The notes beneath the pieces were generated by a model that ran no database searches, had not been told where the DNA came from, and saw nothing but the letters and a program-made list of their open reading frames with translations. DNA of 64,000 nucleotides, taken from positions 57,429 through 121,428 of the IMG/VR virus record IMGVR_UViG_3300032282_006516; one strand, 5' to 3'. Each line of letters begins with the position of its first letter. Within the stretch, counting starts at the first letter, position 1. Positions 16,197 through 26,800 of the stretch are shown here, in pieces. The position numbers and the translations under genes are program-made. The DNA comes from a virus.

Positions 16197-18041
16197 TTAA
16201 CCCTGGTCTACCGGCCCTCGATAGCCCGTACGCAGCGGGCCCTGCCCCGGCATTTCCCGAATCGGGGAGATGATGTCCGGACGCGGAGTAAGAATCATCG
16301 AGACTAGGAAACAGTACAGGATGGAATGAAACGCATCGTCAGGACGGTCCGGACGATGGGTGTACTGAATCATCCGCAACGACTCATTGTACTCACTGAA
16401 GATGTTGAGAATGTCGTTTGCGTACGGGTCTTCAAACTCTTCCCATCGAGGAAAGTCGAGCTGCTTACGCTTCACGGCGTTGAAGAGGTCGCTCATCACC
16501 TCCGTGCGAACCATCTGCCAACGGCGGAACTGTGGGTTCCACTGGAGCTTCTTTTTGCCCCTCGGCATGTACTGATACTTGTGAATGCGCTTGGGGCCGA
16601 ACTTCCGCGTCAGGAAGTCGTTGCGGTCAAAACCGCCGCCGTAGTCGGCCCCGACCAAACGCACATTGAAGTACTGGAGCATCTCGCTGATTTTTGCGAG
16701 CTGCGGCTCTGGGTCGACATCCTCACCGACAAAGCGGTGCACGTAGAAGATGCGGAACTTCTGGTTGATGTACGTGCCCAGGGAGAGAACCGTGTACGTG
16801 TTTTCTCCTGTGCCCCAGTCGATTCCCGCGAAGACAGGCTGACCCGCACCGAGCGAATGGTATGCCTCCAACGCCTTCGGGTGCATCGTCACATCGGGGT
16901 TACAACACTCGCGAACTTGTTGCCGCGTTAGTGGACGAAGACCGGAGTCGTAAGAAACTCCCAGCACCTCGTTGTAGAACTTGGCGCGGTCGTAACGCCC
17001 GTAGTCGAGCATGATTTCATCCCACGACCGCCAGGGCACCATGAGCTGCGGAATCCGGTAGCTCTCAAAAATGCCGCCCTCCTGCATCATCGCCCACTGC
17101 GCATCAGGGTGCATGGGGTTGATGAGGTTGTGACAACGCTCGCAAGAGAGACCGCGCTTTTGAATGTTCTTCTCGCCAAGGACATTCCAGAAACGACCTG
17201 CACCTGCAGAGGAACCGCAGCGGTCACAAGGCACCACCCACTCCCCCATGGTGCTCATCGGACGGCCTTTTGACGTACCGCTGCGGTAATACTCGATGAC
17301 GTTATCGAGACCCTTGGGAGTTCCGGCGTAGATGAACCGGCGCCAGCGTTCCGGCGCGTGGCTCGACGACTGCTCGATAACCGGAATGTTGTCCGCGAGA
17401 ATGTCCTGCAACTCGTCGAGCGCGATGCACCAAGACGGGATACCGCGGGTACGGTCCGCGTTCAGGAAGGCGTAGCGAAGTGTCACCTTCGAGCGGTTGA
17501 CGAACTGCTTTTCGAGAATGTTCTGCTGCAGCAGTGTCGTTGTGTAGGACCGCAAGACCTCACTGGTCTCCAACGGCTCCTTGATGCGGTCCGCCGAGAA
17601 CGTCTTCGTCTGTGTCGCAGACGGCGAGACGTAGAGTGTACGAAAGTCCGGCACCATGCACGAGTACGTGATGATGCGGTTGCCGAGCAGCGTGGACTTC
17701 TCGACCTGGCGACCACAGAAGAGCAGAAGGCGCTTGGCTTCTGTGTCGTAGATGCGCCGCATGTGACGACGCCCTTCAAACGAGAAAGGTTCACGACCCT
17801 GTCCATCCGCTCTCGGCATCCGGAAGGCGAACTCCGTGAACTGCGACGGCAGGATGGCAGGAATCTGAAAAGCAGCTTTGGGCGGCGACCCTGAGAACGA
17901 GAAGTCGCCGAAGGGCTCCGGCTCCGCACACCAAGGATGCCCATACTCGTCGTCGAACAAAGACTCGTCCAAGTCTTCGACGCTCGCATCGGCGTCAAAG
18001 ATTTGCGGGGGACGGGCGTTTGGTAGATACACGGTAGACAT
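16197..18041 (-). CDS. terL: Terminase large subunit (lambda GpA-like)
   Basis: GRQVEKST Walker A, LDELQD Walker B, AGTPK coupling motif, CxxC...CxxC, GIDWG and PDDAFHS nuclease motifs; start is ATG 18041 or TTG 18062. Confidence 0.9.
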   Translation of the reverse strand: MSTVYLPNARPPQIFDADASVEDLDESLFDDEYGHPWCAEPEPFGDFSFSGSPPKAAFQIPAILPSQFTEFAFRMPRADGQGREPFSFEGRRHMRRIYDTEAKRLLLFCGRQVEKSTLLGNRIITYSCMVPDFRTLYVSPSATQTKTFSADRIKEPLETSEVLRSYTTTLLQQNILEKQFVNRSKVTLRYAFLNADRTRGIPSWCIALDELQDILADNIPVIEQSSSHAPERWRRFIYAGTPKGLDNVIEYYRSGTSKGRPMSTMGEWVVPCDRCGSSAGAGRFWNVLGEKNIQKRGLSCERCHNLINPMHPDAQWAMMQEGGIFESYRIPQLMVPWRSWDEIMLDYGRYDRAKFYNEVLGVSYDSGLRPLTRQQVRECCNPDVTMHPKALEAYHSLGAGQPVFAGIDWGTGENTYTVLSLGTYINQKFRIFYVHRFVGEDVDPEPQLAKISEMLQYFNVRLVGADYGGGFDRNDFLTRKFGPKRIHKYQYMPRGKKKLQWNPQFRRWQMVRTEVMSDLFNAVKRKQLDFPRWEEFEDPYANDILNIFSEYNESLRMIQYTHRPDRPDDAFHSILYCFLVSMILTPRPDIISPIREMPGQGPLRTGYRGPVDQG

Positions 18042-18046
18042 CCGAG

Positions 18047-18367
18047 ATGAAACGTACTGCAAGACCCGATGTATTTGTGGGAGAACTTGTCTCTAGTGTG
18101 CAGCGCGCTGGTCCGGTTCTCACGGGCCAAACGACACTACAACCAGAGGCAGAGGGTGACGGATACTGCGGAACAATGCAGCTCGTGCCGAACGCTTTTC
18201 ACGCCAACGACTTAGGGCGGCGGGTCAAAGACGCTTTCGTCACGTTTGTTCGCGCGTACTGCCGTACCCAGGGATGGAGGCTTCGGGAGTTTCGCGTGAA
18301 GAAGAACTACGTCGAGTTCGCCATCGCCGCTTCAAGACCCCGGTCGAGTTCCAGCAAGAACCGCTGA
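18047..18367 (+). CDS. Hypothetical protein (106 aa), isolated on the + strand
   Basis: Fills a gap of about 245 bp between minus-strand genes; plausible globular sequence; overlaps a neighbour. Confidence 0.35.
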   Translation: MKRTARPDVFVGELVSSVQRAGPVLTGQTTLQPEAEGDGYCGTMQLVPNAFHANDLGRRVKDAFVTFVRAYCRTQGWRLREFRVKKNYVEFAIAASRPRSSSSKNR

Positions 18368-18732
18368 GTGAACGCCTCCGGGTCAAGCAGGTGCGAGAAC
18401 CCGTACGCACGGAGCCACCAGCTCGCCTGCTCTTCGGTGTACGCCGCCTTGAGGCGCGGGTAATCGACCCGGAAGTAGTCCTTCGCGACGCGCTCCAGAA
18501 TCGCGGGGAACGTCTCCAACCAGTACGCGCGTGCCTGCGGCAGTTTCTTTACTTCCTCCGTGGGGAAGAAGTGGAAAACAATGTCGCCGTTGGTCAGAGC
18601 AAACTCGGCCAAGAACGTCGTGTAATCCGGAACCTGCGTGAACTCAATCGCAAGAACCGGAAGCTCGGACTCACTCTCAAGCGCCGTCGTGGCTTGAGTC
18701 GGGTCCATCGTCGTCGAGTTCGTCGTCGTCAT
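18307..18732 (-). CDS. Hypothetical protein (141 aa)
   Basis: RBS AAGGA; ordered sequence with coding-like codon usage. Confidence 0.6.
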   Translation of the reverse strand: MTTTNSTTMDPTQATTALESESELPVLAIEFTQVPDYTTFLAEFALTNGDIVFHFFPTEEVKKLPQARAYWLETFPAILERVAKDYFRVDYPRLKAAYTEEQASWWLRAYGFSHLLDPEAFTQRFLLELDRGLEAAMANST

Positions 18733-19645
18733 GGTCGAGGTCCTTCGTCGGTGCGAGGTCCACCGTGTGGTGCCCCGCGCTCAGTGTGTGAATGGAGGGC
18801 ACCTCACGAGTGTCCATCCGTAGCGCAATCGCGCGAAGCTGCTCCTGCATCTGGTCTTCCGGCTTAACGACCATCTGCAGCATCTCTTCAAAGAGCCGGC
18901 TTCCGTTGGCGTAGTTCAGGAACTTCTGGCTGTCGCCCGGGCCGTCCTGGTGAACCGCTTCCGTCGCACGGAGCGCGGCCATGTCTCGTGCCTCAAGCAT
19001 GCGCAGCGCAAGCTCTTGCCGCCCCGGGCGAATGCCAAGACGCATCTGCGCCAGCGTTGCCGCCATCGGCGAGTGGGGCAGGTCCGCACCAATCTTCCGA
19101 GCGTCCTTGTAGTACGCCGCTTTGAGAACGGCCTGCTTCCCCTGCAGCTCGGGAACGTGGTCAGCCAGCGTGTCGATGCGCAGCTGAATCAGCACACGCA
19201 TCTGCGAGCTGTCGAGCAGGTTCACATTCCAGAAGTAGTGCCGGTACAGCTCCAGCGCCTCGGTCGTGCAGAACACGCCGAGATGCCGAGTTAGGTACGC
19301 CGAGATGGCGGGCAGCGGCACCTGCACGAGCACCATCGCCTCAACGAACTCCTTGGCCCGGGGAAGGCTAAGAATCTCAAGGGCCGTCCGCACCGCAAGT
19401 TCGCGGTGGAACAGCCCATTGATACGTTCGTTGATGAGGAAATGAAACGACGGCGCGTGGTCCCGGTCGTTCGGGTAGAACGGCGTCGGCGGCTTGAGCT
19501 TGCTGCGGAGCCGGTCGATGTAGGCCTCGGAGATGAAATCGAGGCCTTCGTCGAGCAGTCTCTCTTTGATGTCCCGCGTCAGGTACTTGTCCGGATGAAG
19601 GATCAAGTACTTGATGTAGAACTCCGCCGGACTCCGCAGCCGCAT
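18677..19645 (-). CDS. Hypothetical helical protein upstream of terL (terminase small subunit is possible, 322 aa)
   Basis: ATG directly after the upstream stop; helical with an acidic tail. TerS assignment is positional only. Confidence 0.6.
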   Translation of the reverse strand: MRLRSPAEFYIKYLILHPDKYLTRDIKERLLDEGLDFISEAYIDRLRSKLKPPTPFYPNDRDHAPSFHFLINERINGLFHRELAVRTALEILSLPRAKEFVEAMVLVQVPLPAISAYLTRHLGVFCTTEALELYRHYFWNVNLLDSSQMRVLIQLRIDTLADHVPELQGKQAVLKAAYYKDARKIGADLPHSPMAATLAQMRLGIRPGRQELALRMLEARDMAALRATEAVHQDGPGDSQKFLNYANGSRLFEEMLQMVVKPEDQMQEQLRAIALRMDTREVPSIHTLSAGHHTVDLAPTKDLDHDDDELDDDGPDSSHDGA

Positions 19646-19646
19646 C

Positions 19647-21905
19647 TCATGCCTTCTGGAACGCCAACACCTTCAGTCCTTCAAGCACATCCTCTGTCGT
19701 GCGAACAGCTTTTTCAAGAGCTGAGACGGGCACGTCGCGAAGACCAAGGCGCGCCGCGAGCAAAAGCTCGCACATCTTGAGCTGCGCTTCGTCGATGGCC
19801 GGCATGTACGAGATGAACATGCCGACGTTTTCGGGGTTGAGGAAACCCAACGAAAGCACGGTGTCGACAGCCATCGGGTCCGGAATGACCGCCGCTTCCT
19901 TGACGAGGTCGACCTTGAAAAGCGGCATGTCACGAAGAACACCGGCCGCCGCCGTCTTCGCTTCGTCGAGACGCGCGCTGGCCGTCTTGATGTGACGACC
20001 AACACGAACCAAGACAGGCGCGCTGAACGCGCTCGCATGGCCGAGCTTCTGCTGCGCGTAGCCCATGTCGACGCCGAGCGCGCCGAGCATGAACATCGTG
20101 TCGTCGAGCGACAGGAAGTGCTTCTCCGCGCTCGCGAGCTTCTCCACAGGAAACCCGTCGATGGAAAAGCTGTCCACGCCGCCCGAGCGAATCTGCACCG
20201 TCGCCAAAGAAAGCGCTGCCTGCGCCTCCTTGTCGAAGCCGCCCGGGTCGCTCACCAGCGACGTCGGCTCCGCGTCCCCCAACGGAAGCCACGAGAACGA
20301 ATCCGGGATGAGCATGTGGTCGCCTTCCGGCGACGGAAGGATGCGCTGGATGTTGGGCTGCACGATGACCTGCACCTCGCGCCCGTCGAACGTATCCGCA
20401 TGCAGGATGACACCCCCCTGTTCCGGGGACGCCATCGTCGCCTTGATGTTCATCGGGATGGTGGCTTCGGCCCGACCATTCGGCAGCAGGTGGTAGAACA
20501 CACCCATCCCGCGAGGACGACTCTCAAAAAGACCGGCACCGTCGCCCACGCTAACGCCGACAATGTCACCCTGGACCGCCATCTGGCTGCCGTTGGTGAA
20601 CAACGACATCGGGAGCGCCTGTCCGTCCACGTCGATGAGATTCGTGAACACGTACCCCACGAGCTGCTTTCCGTGGTCGTCCTTCACCTTGTAGAGACCG
20701 AACTGACTAATCAGCTCCGGCATGTCCTTCTCAGGACTTTGTGCCTCGGGCACACCGTCGTGGCCGACGACCCCATCACCAAGAGTCATGGTCGCCGCGC
20801 CCGTAAGGTCGGCCGCAAGAACCACCTTCTCCCCAAGAAGCCGAAGTGCCTCCCCACGGTCCAGGGCCTTTGTCTCCGGCAGCCAGCAGTTGTGCGCCGC
20901 CGTCTTCAGCGAGTAACCCGAGGCTTCCTTACGAAGCTGGGCCACCGTGGGCTTGAGGTTTTGCAGAGTGGCACTCGCGAGTTTGTGCGGACTCGCGGGC
21001 TCGTAAGCCGAAAGAATCTTCAGCGCATCGCCCGTGGCAAACCCGTTGACGACGTATTGGGCTTGGAGCCCAAGGTCGCTGGCGACCTTCTGAAAGAAGG
21101 CGCTGTAATCCGACTCATTGATGGTCGGAAGAATGGCTGAGAGAACAGAGGACAGCTTCGTTGCCTTGGAAAAGGAGCTCATCTTCCCCATGCTGGAGGC
21201 CGCATCGAGAAGACCCTTCACCTTCGAGCCGATTCCGCTGGAAGGGCCACGACCGCCGAGGGTGTTCTTGCGGGAATTCGCCTCGTAGTTGTCGCCATCC
21301 GTCATCGCTCCGAAGGGGGTTGGGGACTTCCCCGGAGCGAACGCCTTCTTCTCGGCAGCTTTATACGCCAGGATTGCTGAGCCCTGCTTGCCCATGCCGA
21401 CGTTCATCGTCGCGCCGCCACCGCCGAAGCCGTAGTTCTGGCGGTACGGGGGGTAGAGCTGCCCAATCATCGACATGTCGCCGGGGCCACGACCCGTGAT
21501 GTCGAAAGCCTGCGGACGAAACACGGCTTGACGAAGCCGCGCCTCGGTCAGCGGAAGAACGTGCGAGTCGTCCGTAACCAGAAGGTCGAGCGGCTGGAGC
21601 TTCCGGTCTTTGATGACAATCGGAATACGCGCCGACTTAACGCCCGCCGCGCGCATCGCGTCTTCCGGCGCCCCGTGCTGAATCTCCGTCTTGTTCTGAA
21701 TCTCGATGTGCCCGAAGCCGAAGCCGCGCTCCGCATCCACGCGGTCCATCACCACATGGGGCTCGAAGTCCGCGATGTAAGGAACCTGCTTGAAAAGCTC
21801 CTGCATCAGCTCGTTCGGCCACTGATTCGCGTCCTCGGGCATGGTCACCTCGGCGGCGACCTTCTCGAACTGCACCTGGGGCTCGAAGAACAGCGATTCG
21901 GACAT
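19647..21905 (-). CDS. Putative virion protein with many K-x-A motifs (752 aa)
   Basis: RBS GAGGAG; EKVAA, QKVAS, HKLAS, LKTAA, EKLAS, IKTAS, AKTAA, VKEAA. Confidence 0.75.
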   Translation of the reverse strand: MSESLFFEPQVQFEKVAAEVTMPEDANQWPNELMQELFKQVPYIADFEPHVVMDRVDAERGFGFGHIEIQNKTEIQHGAPEDAMRAAGVKSARIPIVIKDRKLQPLDLLVTDDSHVLPLTEARLRQAVFRPQAFDITGRGPGDMSMIGQLYPPYRQNYGFGGGGATMNVGMGKQGSAILAYKAAEKKAFAPGKSPTPFGAMTDGDNYEANSRKNTLGGRGPSSGIGSKVKGLLDAASSMGKMSSFSKATKLSSVLSAILPTINESDYSAFFQKVASDLGLQAQYVVNGFATGDALKILSAYEPASPHKLASATLQNLKPTVAQLRKEASGYSLKTAAHNCWLPETKALDRGEALRLLGEKVVLAADLTGAATMTLGDGVVGHDGVPEAQSPEKDMPELISQFGLYKVKDDHGKQLVGYVFTNLIDVDGQALPMSLFTNGSQMAVQGDIVGVSVGDGAGLFESRPRGMGVFYHLLPNGRAEATIPMNIKATMASPEQGGVILHADTFDGREVQVIVQPNIQRILPSPEGDHMLIPDSFSWLPLGDAEPTSLVSDPGGFDKEAQAALSLATVQIRSGGVDSFSIDGFPVEKLASAEKHFLSLDDTMFMLGALGVDMGYAQQKLGHASAFSAPVLVRVGRHIKTASARLDEAKTAAAGVLRDMPLFKVDLVKEAAVIPDPMAVDTVLSLGFLNPENVGMFISYMPAIDEAQLKMCELLLAARLGLRDVPVSALEKAVRTTEDVLEGLKVLAFQKA

Positions 21906-21917
21906 GGGACATCTCCT

Positions 21918-22574
21918 CTAGGAAGTCTTGATGATAGCTGACATCGCGATTGAGGCAGAAGGGACCTTCGTCAGCATGATGACGCCCCAAACCTGTTCGC
22001 CTGGATTGATGCCGCCGAGATTAGCCGCCGTCAGCGCCTGGTATTGGTTCCCTGACTCCGCCAGCGTCGTGGCGTTGTCAAACCCGATGCTAAGAAGCAC
22101 GCAGGGGCCTGCGCTGAGATTCGCCGTCAAGCTGGCCATCAAATCCACGACCGGAAGTTTGATGGCCAACGCCGCCTTGATGAGGAAGTTGATTCCTCCG
22201 AGTTTGAGCGCGAGTGTTGCGCTAATGGACGCTGCGGCGGAAAGACTTGCGCTAAGAGAGACGGAAATCGCTGGAAGTCCTATGGACAACCCTAACGATA
22301 AAGCGGCTTGAATTGACGCTTGTATCTGCGCAATCGCCGTCAGCTGGAGCTTCAGCGAGGCAAAGGGGTTTGAGATCGAAATCCCAAACGACAGCTGCAG
22401 GTTGATGGCCGCGTTTAGCTGCGCCGAAAGGTCGACGAGCAGCGACCCAAGGCCGAACTGCCCCATCAACATAAGGTCGAACTGCACGAGCAACGGAACG
22501 ACCAAGGACACCGCGCCGTTAAGGCCGATGTTGATACCTCCCAGGGGAAGGCTTCCAACAACGACCGTGCTCAC
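21918..22574 (-). CDS. Highly hydrophobic Ala/Leu/Ser/Ile-rich protein coupled to the spike gene (218 aa)
   Basis: GTGA overlap with the spike stop; almost no charged residues. Confidence 0.6.
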   Translation of the reverse strand: MSTVVVGSLPLGGINIGLNGAVSLVVPLLVQFDLMLMGQFGLGSLLVDLSAQLNAAINLQLSFGISISNPFASLKLQLTAIAQIQASIQAALSLGLSIGLPAISVSLSASLSAAASISATLALKLGGINFLIKAALAIKLPVVDLMASLTANLSAGPCVLLSIGFDNATTLAESGNQYQALTAANLGGINPGEQVWGVIMLTKVPSASIAMSAIIKTS

Positions 22575-23809
22575 GCGAGAACCTGTGGGTTCGCCGTGGT
22601 GATGCTACCGACGAGCGGAGCCACCGTAGTCACCGTACAGGCAATCGGTGCGTTCGGAACAGGCGGCGAGGAGAACGTAATCAAGGCCGGGGCGGCGATG
22701 AGGTTCATTGAAACAATGTCCCCCAAACGCGCCACTCCAGACTGCCCCGTCCCAAGGCGCACGATGTCGCCCTTCACGTGCGTGTAGTTTCCACCTGAGA
22801 TGTCGAAACCATTCTTCGCGACGAAGTTGATGGTGTCGTCCGTCTTCAGCGTGATGGCTTCCGTTACTTCGATGTTGAGCTTCTTCTTCACCCGCACGAA
22901 GAAGTTTCCCTCGGTGCGCAACACCGTGTTGCCCTTACGGTCGAACACAAACTTCAGCACGGACGTATCGCCGGTCGAGCTTGAAGCCATGTCACCGTTC
23001 TGCGCGACGAAGCCCTTGGGGCTGACGGTCACCTCGTAGACGATGGGGTTGCTCCCCTGCCCGTCATCTCCTTCGGCAACACCCGCAGCAACGAGAAGTG
23101 CCGGGTCCGGCTCCGGGATGGGGTTGTAGACCTTGCCGACCGCTACACGAATGTCCGCGTACTGGTCGGTCGCGAAAACCCGAAACGTCTGCAGGTACTG
23201 GCTCGGGTACTGGTCGAGAGACGGCCCGTCCTGCAGCCCCCACACAATCGACCCGTTCGAGTTGTGGTGCTCGTAGTTTTCGCTGATGTCCGTCATCAAG
23301 TTCCGAAGCGGGATGAACAGACGCTGCGACAGCTCCGTGGCACCAATCTGAAGAACTCCGCCACGATGAAGAATGACGAAGTTATTGTCCCGCGTGCGCA
23401 GGACAATGTCTCCCGCTTTTACCCGAGGACGATTTCCCGCGAACGACGCATCCGTGGGATGAAGCGGCTGGCTACCGTGAGGACTGGTTCCGGACGGCGC
23501 ATCCGGCGACGAGTCATTTACCGTCTGCACAGGCATGAGGAACGCCATAACAAACGGCGCCGTGCTGTCGGACGGGATGCAGACCATGCACGTCGACCCG
23601 ATTTCAGGCACGACGTAGAGCCCCTCCCCGTTGTTCGGGTTCTGATACGGGGACGCTACCTGGACCTGGAAGTACTTCTTCCGGTCGAACTGCGCCACGA
23701 CGTCGACCGTCCACTTCACCAAGTTCACGCCTACAACGCGCCCCTGGACCACCTCGGCCGGGTCTGCCCCGGCCTTGTGCGTGAACGAGTTCCGGAACTT
23801 GGTCGTCAT
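22571..23809 (-). CDS. Baseplate central spike/hub protein (gpV/Gp5/Gp138-like, 412 aa)
   Basis: N-terminal OB-fold pattern (GRVVGV...VDV...PEIGSTCMV), beta-strand repeats, C-terminal GVARLGD motif. Confidence 0.7.
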   Translation of the reverse strand: MTTKFRNSFTHKAGADPAEVVQGRVVGVNLVKWTVDVVAQFDRKKYFQVQVASPYQNPNNGEGLYVVPEIGSTCMVCIPSDSTAPFVMAFLMPVQTVNDSSPDAPSGTSPHGSQPLHPTDASFAGNRPRVKAGDIVLRTRDNNFVILHRGGVLQIGATELSQRLFIPLRNLMTDISENYEHHNSNGSIVWGLQDGPSLDQYPSQYLQTFRVFATDQYADIRVAVGKVYNPIPEPDPALLVAAGVAEGDDGQGSNPIVYEVTVSPKGFVAQNGDMASSSTGDTSVLKFVFDRKGNTVLRTEGNFFVRVKKKLNIEVTEAITLKTDDTINFVAKNGFDISGGNYTHVKGDIVRLGTGQSGVARLGDIVSMNLIAAPALITFSSPPVPNAPIACTVTTVAPLVGSITTANPQVLA

Positions 23810-23812
23810 GGC

Positions 23813-26800
23813 TCAGTAGTGATGTCCCGGTACATTCTTCAGATGCTCGCGTCCAGGCTGAAGTGATTGCTTCTGCGTCAGGCCAAACTCAGCGCCGAAC
23901 ACAACACCCGGAATGGGGTGCGTACCGTGGATGTGGGAAACCTCGCCAAGAGCAGCCGCATCCGCCAGGGTGGTGCGCAGCCTTTGATGCTGCAACTTCG
24001 CCATCCAGTCCTCTTGCAGCTCTAGTGGCATTACCGAAATACCCTTAAGCACCGGCTTGTGCTCGATGGGCTGAAGCCCCTGCTTAACAAGGTTCTGATT
24101 CATCCGATTCACAACGGACAGCGGACGGTACTCACCGCGAAGAACGCTGTCGTGGTCACCGGGATGCACGATCTCGGTCAGGTTACCCATGGCCTTGATA
24201 ACCGTCTCCACGTGCCGGCGCTTGATGCCTTCCTTCTCATAAAGACCGTAAATCTCGTTCGCCAGATGGTGCTGAACCTTGTCCATCGAACCCGTCGCTT
24301 CGTACAGGCGGTGCGGGTTCAGGATTGTTCGATTCGGGTCCGACAGGTGGTCGCCGGCCTCGACCTTGGCGCCAACCACGGGCGGGTTCCAGTGCGTGTA
24401 CCCCGCCACGGCTTCGGCGTTCGGCAGATTCTGGTGAAGCGGAAGACCGCCAGCGTCCTTACCGACGTGGTGTTTGCGGTTTCCGATAAACACGTCCACG
24501 CCAGTCGTCGTCGGCTCAATCTTGGTGATGGTGCCGCTCGTCATCGCAAGAGACGACTCGTTCGGGAGCTTTTGTGGCAGCGACATGAGCTGCTCAAACC
24601 GTGCGAACGAGTTCAGAATCTTCGAGCCGTGCTGCTCTCCGACGCCGCCGGTGTGGAAGCTCTTGAGCGTGAGCTGGATGGCGCGTTCGCCAACGGCATG
24701 CGCCGAGTGGACACCGATGTTCGTACCGAGGGCATACGGGTGCCCGCCCGAGTCCAAGCCCGAGCACTTCTGGCAGATGCCCTTCTCGCTCTCGCACTTG
24801 AGCGGGGAGCGCACCACGATTTTCGCGTCCTTCTTTGCCGCCCGAATCTTTCCCACAACGTCGGGGGTAAGAAGTGTGCCGGCCGGAAGATGAAGGCTAC
24901 CGTGCGTGAAATCTTGCTGCAGATGCCGGTCATGCACGTCGCGCTCGTTGATGTGTAGCGCGATGCCCTTGTCCGTGCCGCAGTCGTGTTCGTTCACCGT
25001 CAAGTGCATCATGTTGTTCATGAGCAGCTTGGACATGTACCCCGGCTCCTGAACCTCCTGCACCTTCATGACCGAGCCGCGACGAGCGCCGTGCATCTGC
25101 GTCCAGTACCCGCCGACATCAAGCCCTTCGGCGTAGCTCTTGGTGACCGGAGTGGGAATCTTCCGGTCCATCGAGTCTTTGTAAATCATCGGAGCGAGAA
25201 CCATCTGCTTGTACTGGTCCCACCCCGGCTTCACACCGGCCTTGTACATGGTGAAGAGGTTCGTCGGATTCTTCTCCAGCTTGGCCTCGTGCAGCGCACG
25301 CATGTCGCGTTCCGCCTTCTCGTAAACCGTCACGGCCTGGTGATCCTTCTCCGACTGCGACAGCCCCGGTTTGGCGTAAATCGCCGTCACCTTTTTGTGT
25401 GCTTCGTCGAGAGCCTGTGCCCGCGCTTGGCGGTCAGGAGTAAAGTCCTCCAACGACAACGTGTGTGCACCGACCGGAACAAAGACACCCTTTGTTTCGG
25501 TTGCAACGGGTGTCTTACCCACGGTCTTGGTCAAATCAAACGGATGCCCTGCGCTCGCAGACCGAGGGAGAGAGACCGAGCCGAACGCCATGCCGTTGCC
25601 CAGGTCTTTCAGCTGATTGACCGCAGTTCCGTACTCCGGAGTGTGGTCCTTCGCGATACGCGTGAGCAGGTTGTTGAGACCTGACTTGTCGATATGATAG
25701 TCCATCTTGTGCAGCACATCCTGCTGCATCCCGCTCGGCACGGCGCTCGCCATGAGAATACGACCCGCTGTGGTCGGCTTTCCGTTGAGATGCACGATGT
25801 CGTTGACGTGCAGGGTGCCCTTGCGTACCGCCTCAACGGCTTCGCCAGGATGCTTGACGGACTTACCTGAATCCTTCCCAACCAACGACAACTTATAGAG
25901 CCCGAGTGCGCTTTCCAAGGTCGGCTGGTACATGACCTGCCCCGTCGCTTCGCTGAACAGGTTGTTCGACGGAAACATTTTGTGTGCCTCCGCCACAGCC
26001 TCACGCGTGATCGGGACGTACGCGCTCATCGTGTCGCCGTCGAAATCGGCGTTGAAGCCACCCGTGACGAGCGGGTGAATCTTGATGGCGTTGCCTTCGA
26101 CTGGCTTCGGCTTAAACGCCTGGACACTGTACTTGTGCAGCGCCGGGTCGCGCTTGAGCAGCACCGGGCGCTCTTCCATCACCTTATCGAGCGCACGCCA
26201 CACCGCAGGCGTTTGTTTTGAGATGAGCGCAGGACCCTGAAGCTCATTTTGAATAGCACCCATGTCCTTGAGCTTCCTCACGACAAACGGGCGGTACAGG
26301 TCAAGCGCCGCATTCTTGGGCAAGCCCACTTCGTCCAGACCCAATGCCGGCTCAGGGACAATCGTAGACCGCATGGTCATGTCCTGACGCCGGTTAACGA
26401 GTACATCCTGGAAGTAGCCGTTCTTCGGAGAACTACCGGCAACCTGATGCAGCAAGCCCTTGTGCTTGGCGTCGGCGTACGACGTTCCCAAGCCAATAAT
26501 CGCCTTCACACCGTCGTAGTAATCCTGGCGCAGAGATTTCTTGTTCTCGTCCAGGGTGTGCCGGGCCAGAGTCGGATTCTTCAGTTGATCGTTGACCTTG
26601 GCGAAGTCCGAATACAACTGGTTGATGTCCGCGAACTTCAACGCGCCGCTCGGCATCGTCGACACCGGGCGCATGACCGGCGGAATGACCGGGATATTGT
26701 GAAGGATGTAGGCTTCGCTCGGCTTCATGTCGAGATCCTTCAAGGCGCGAAGGTACTTCACCTTCTTGAGCGTCTTGTCGATCTCTTGCGTCTTCGCCGT

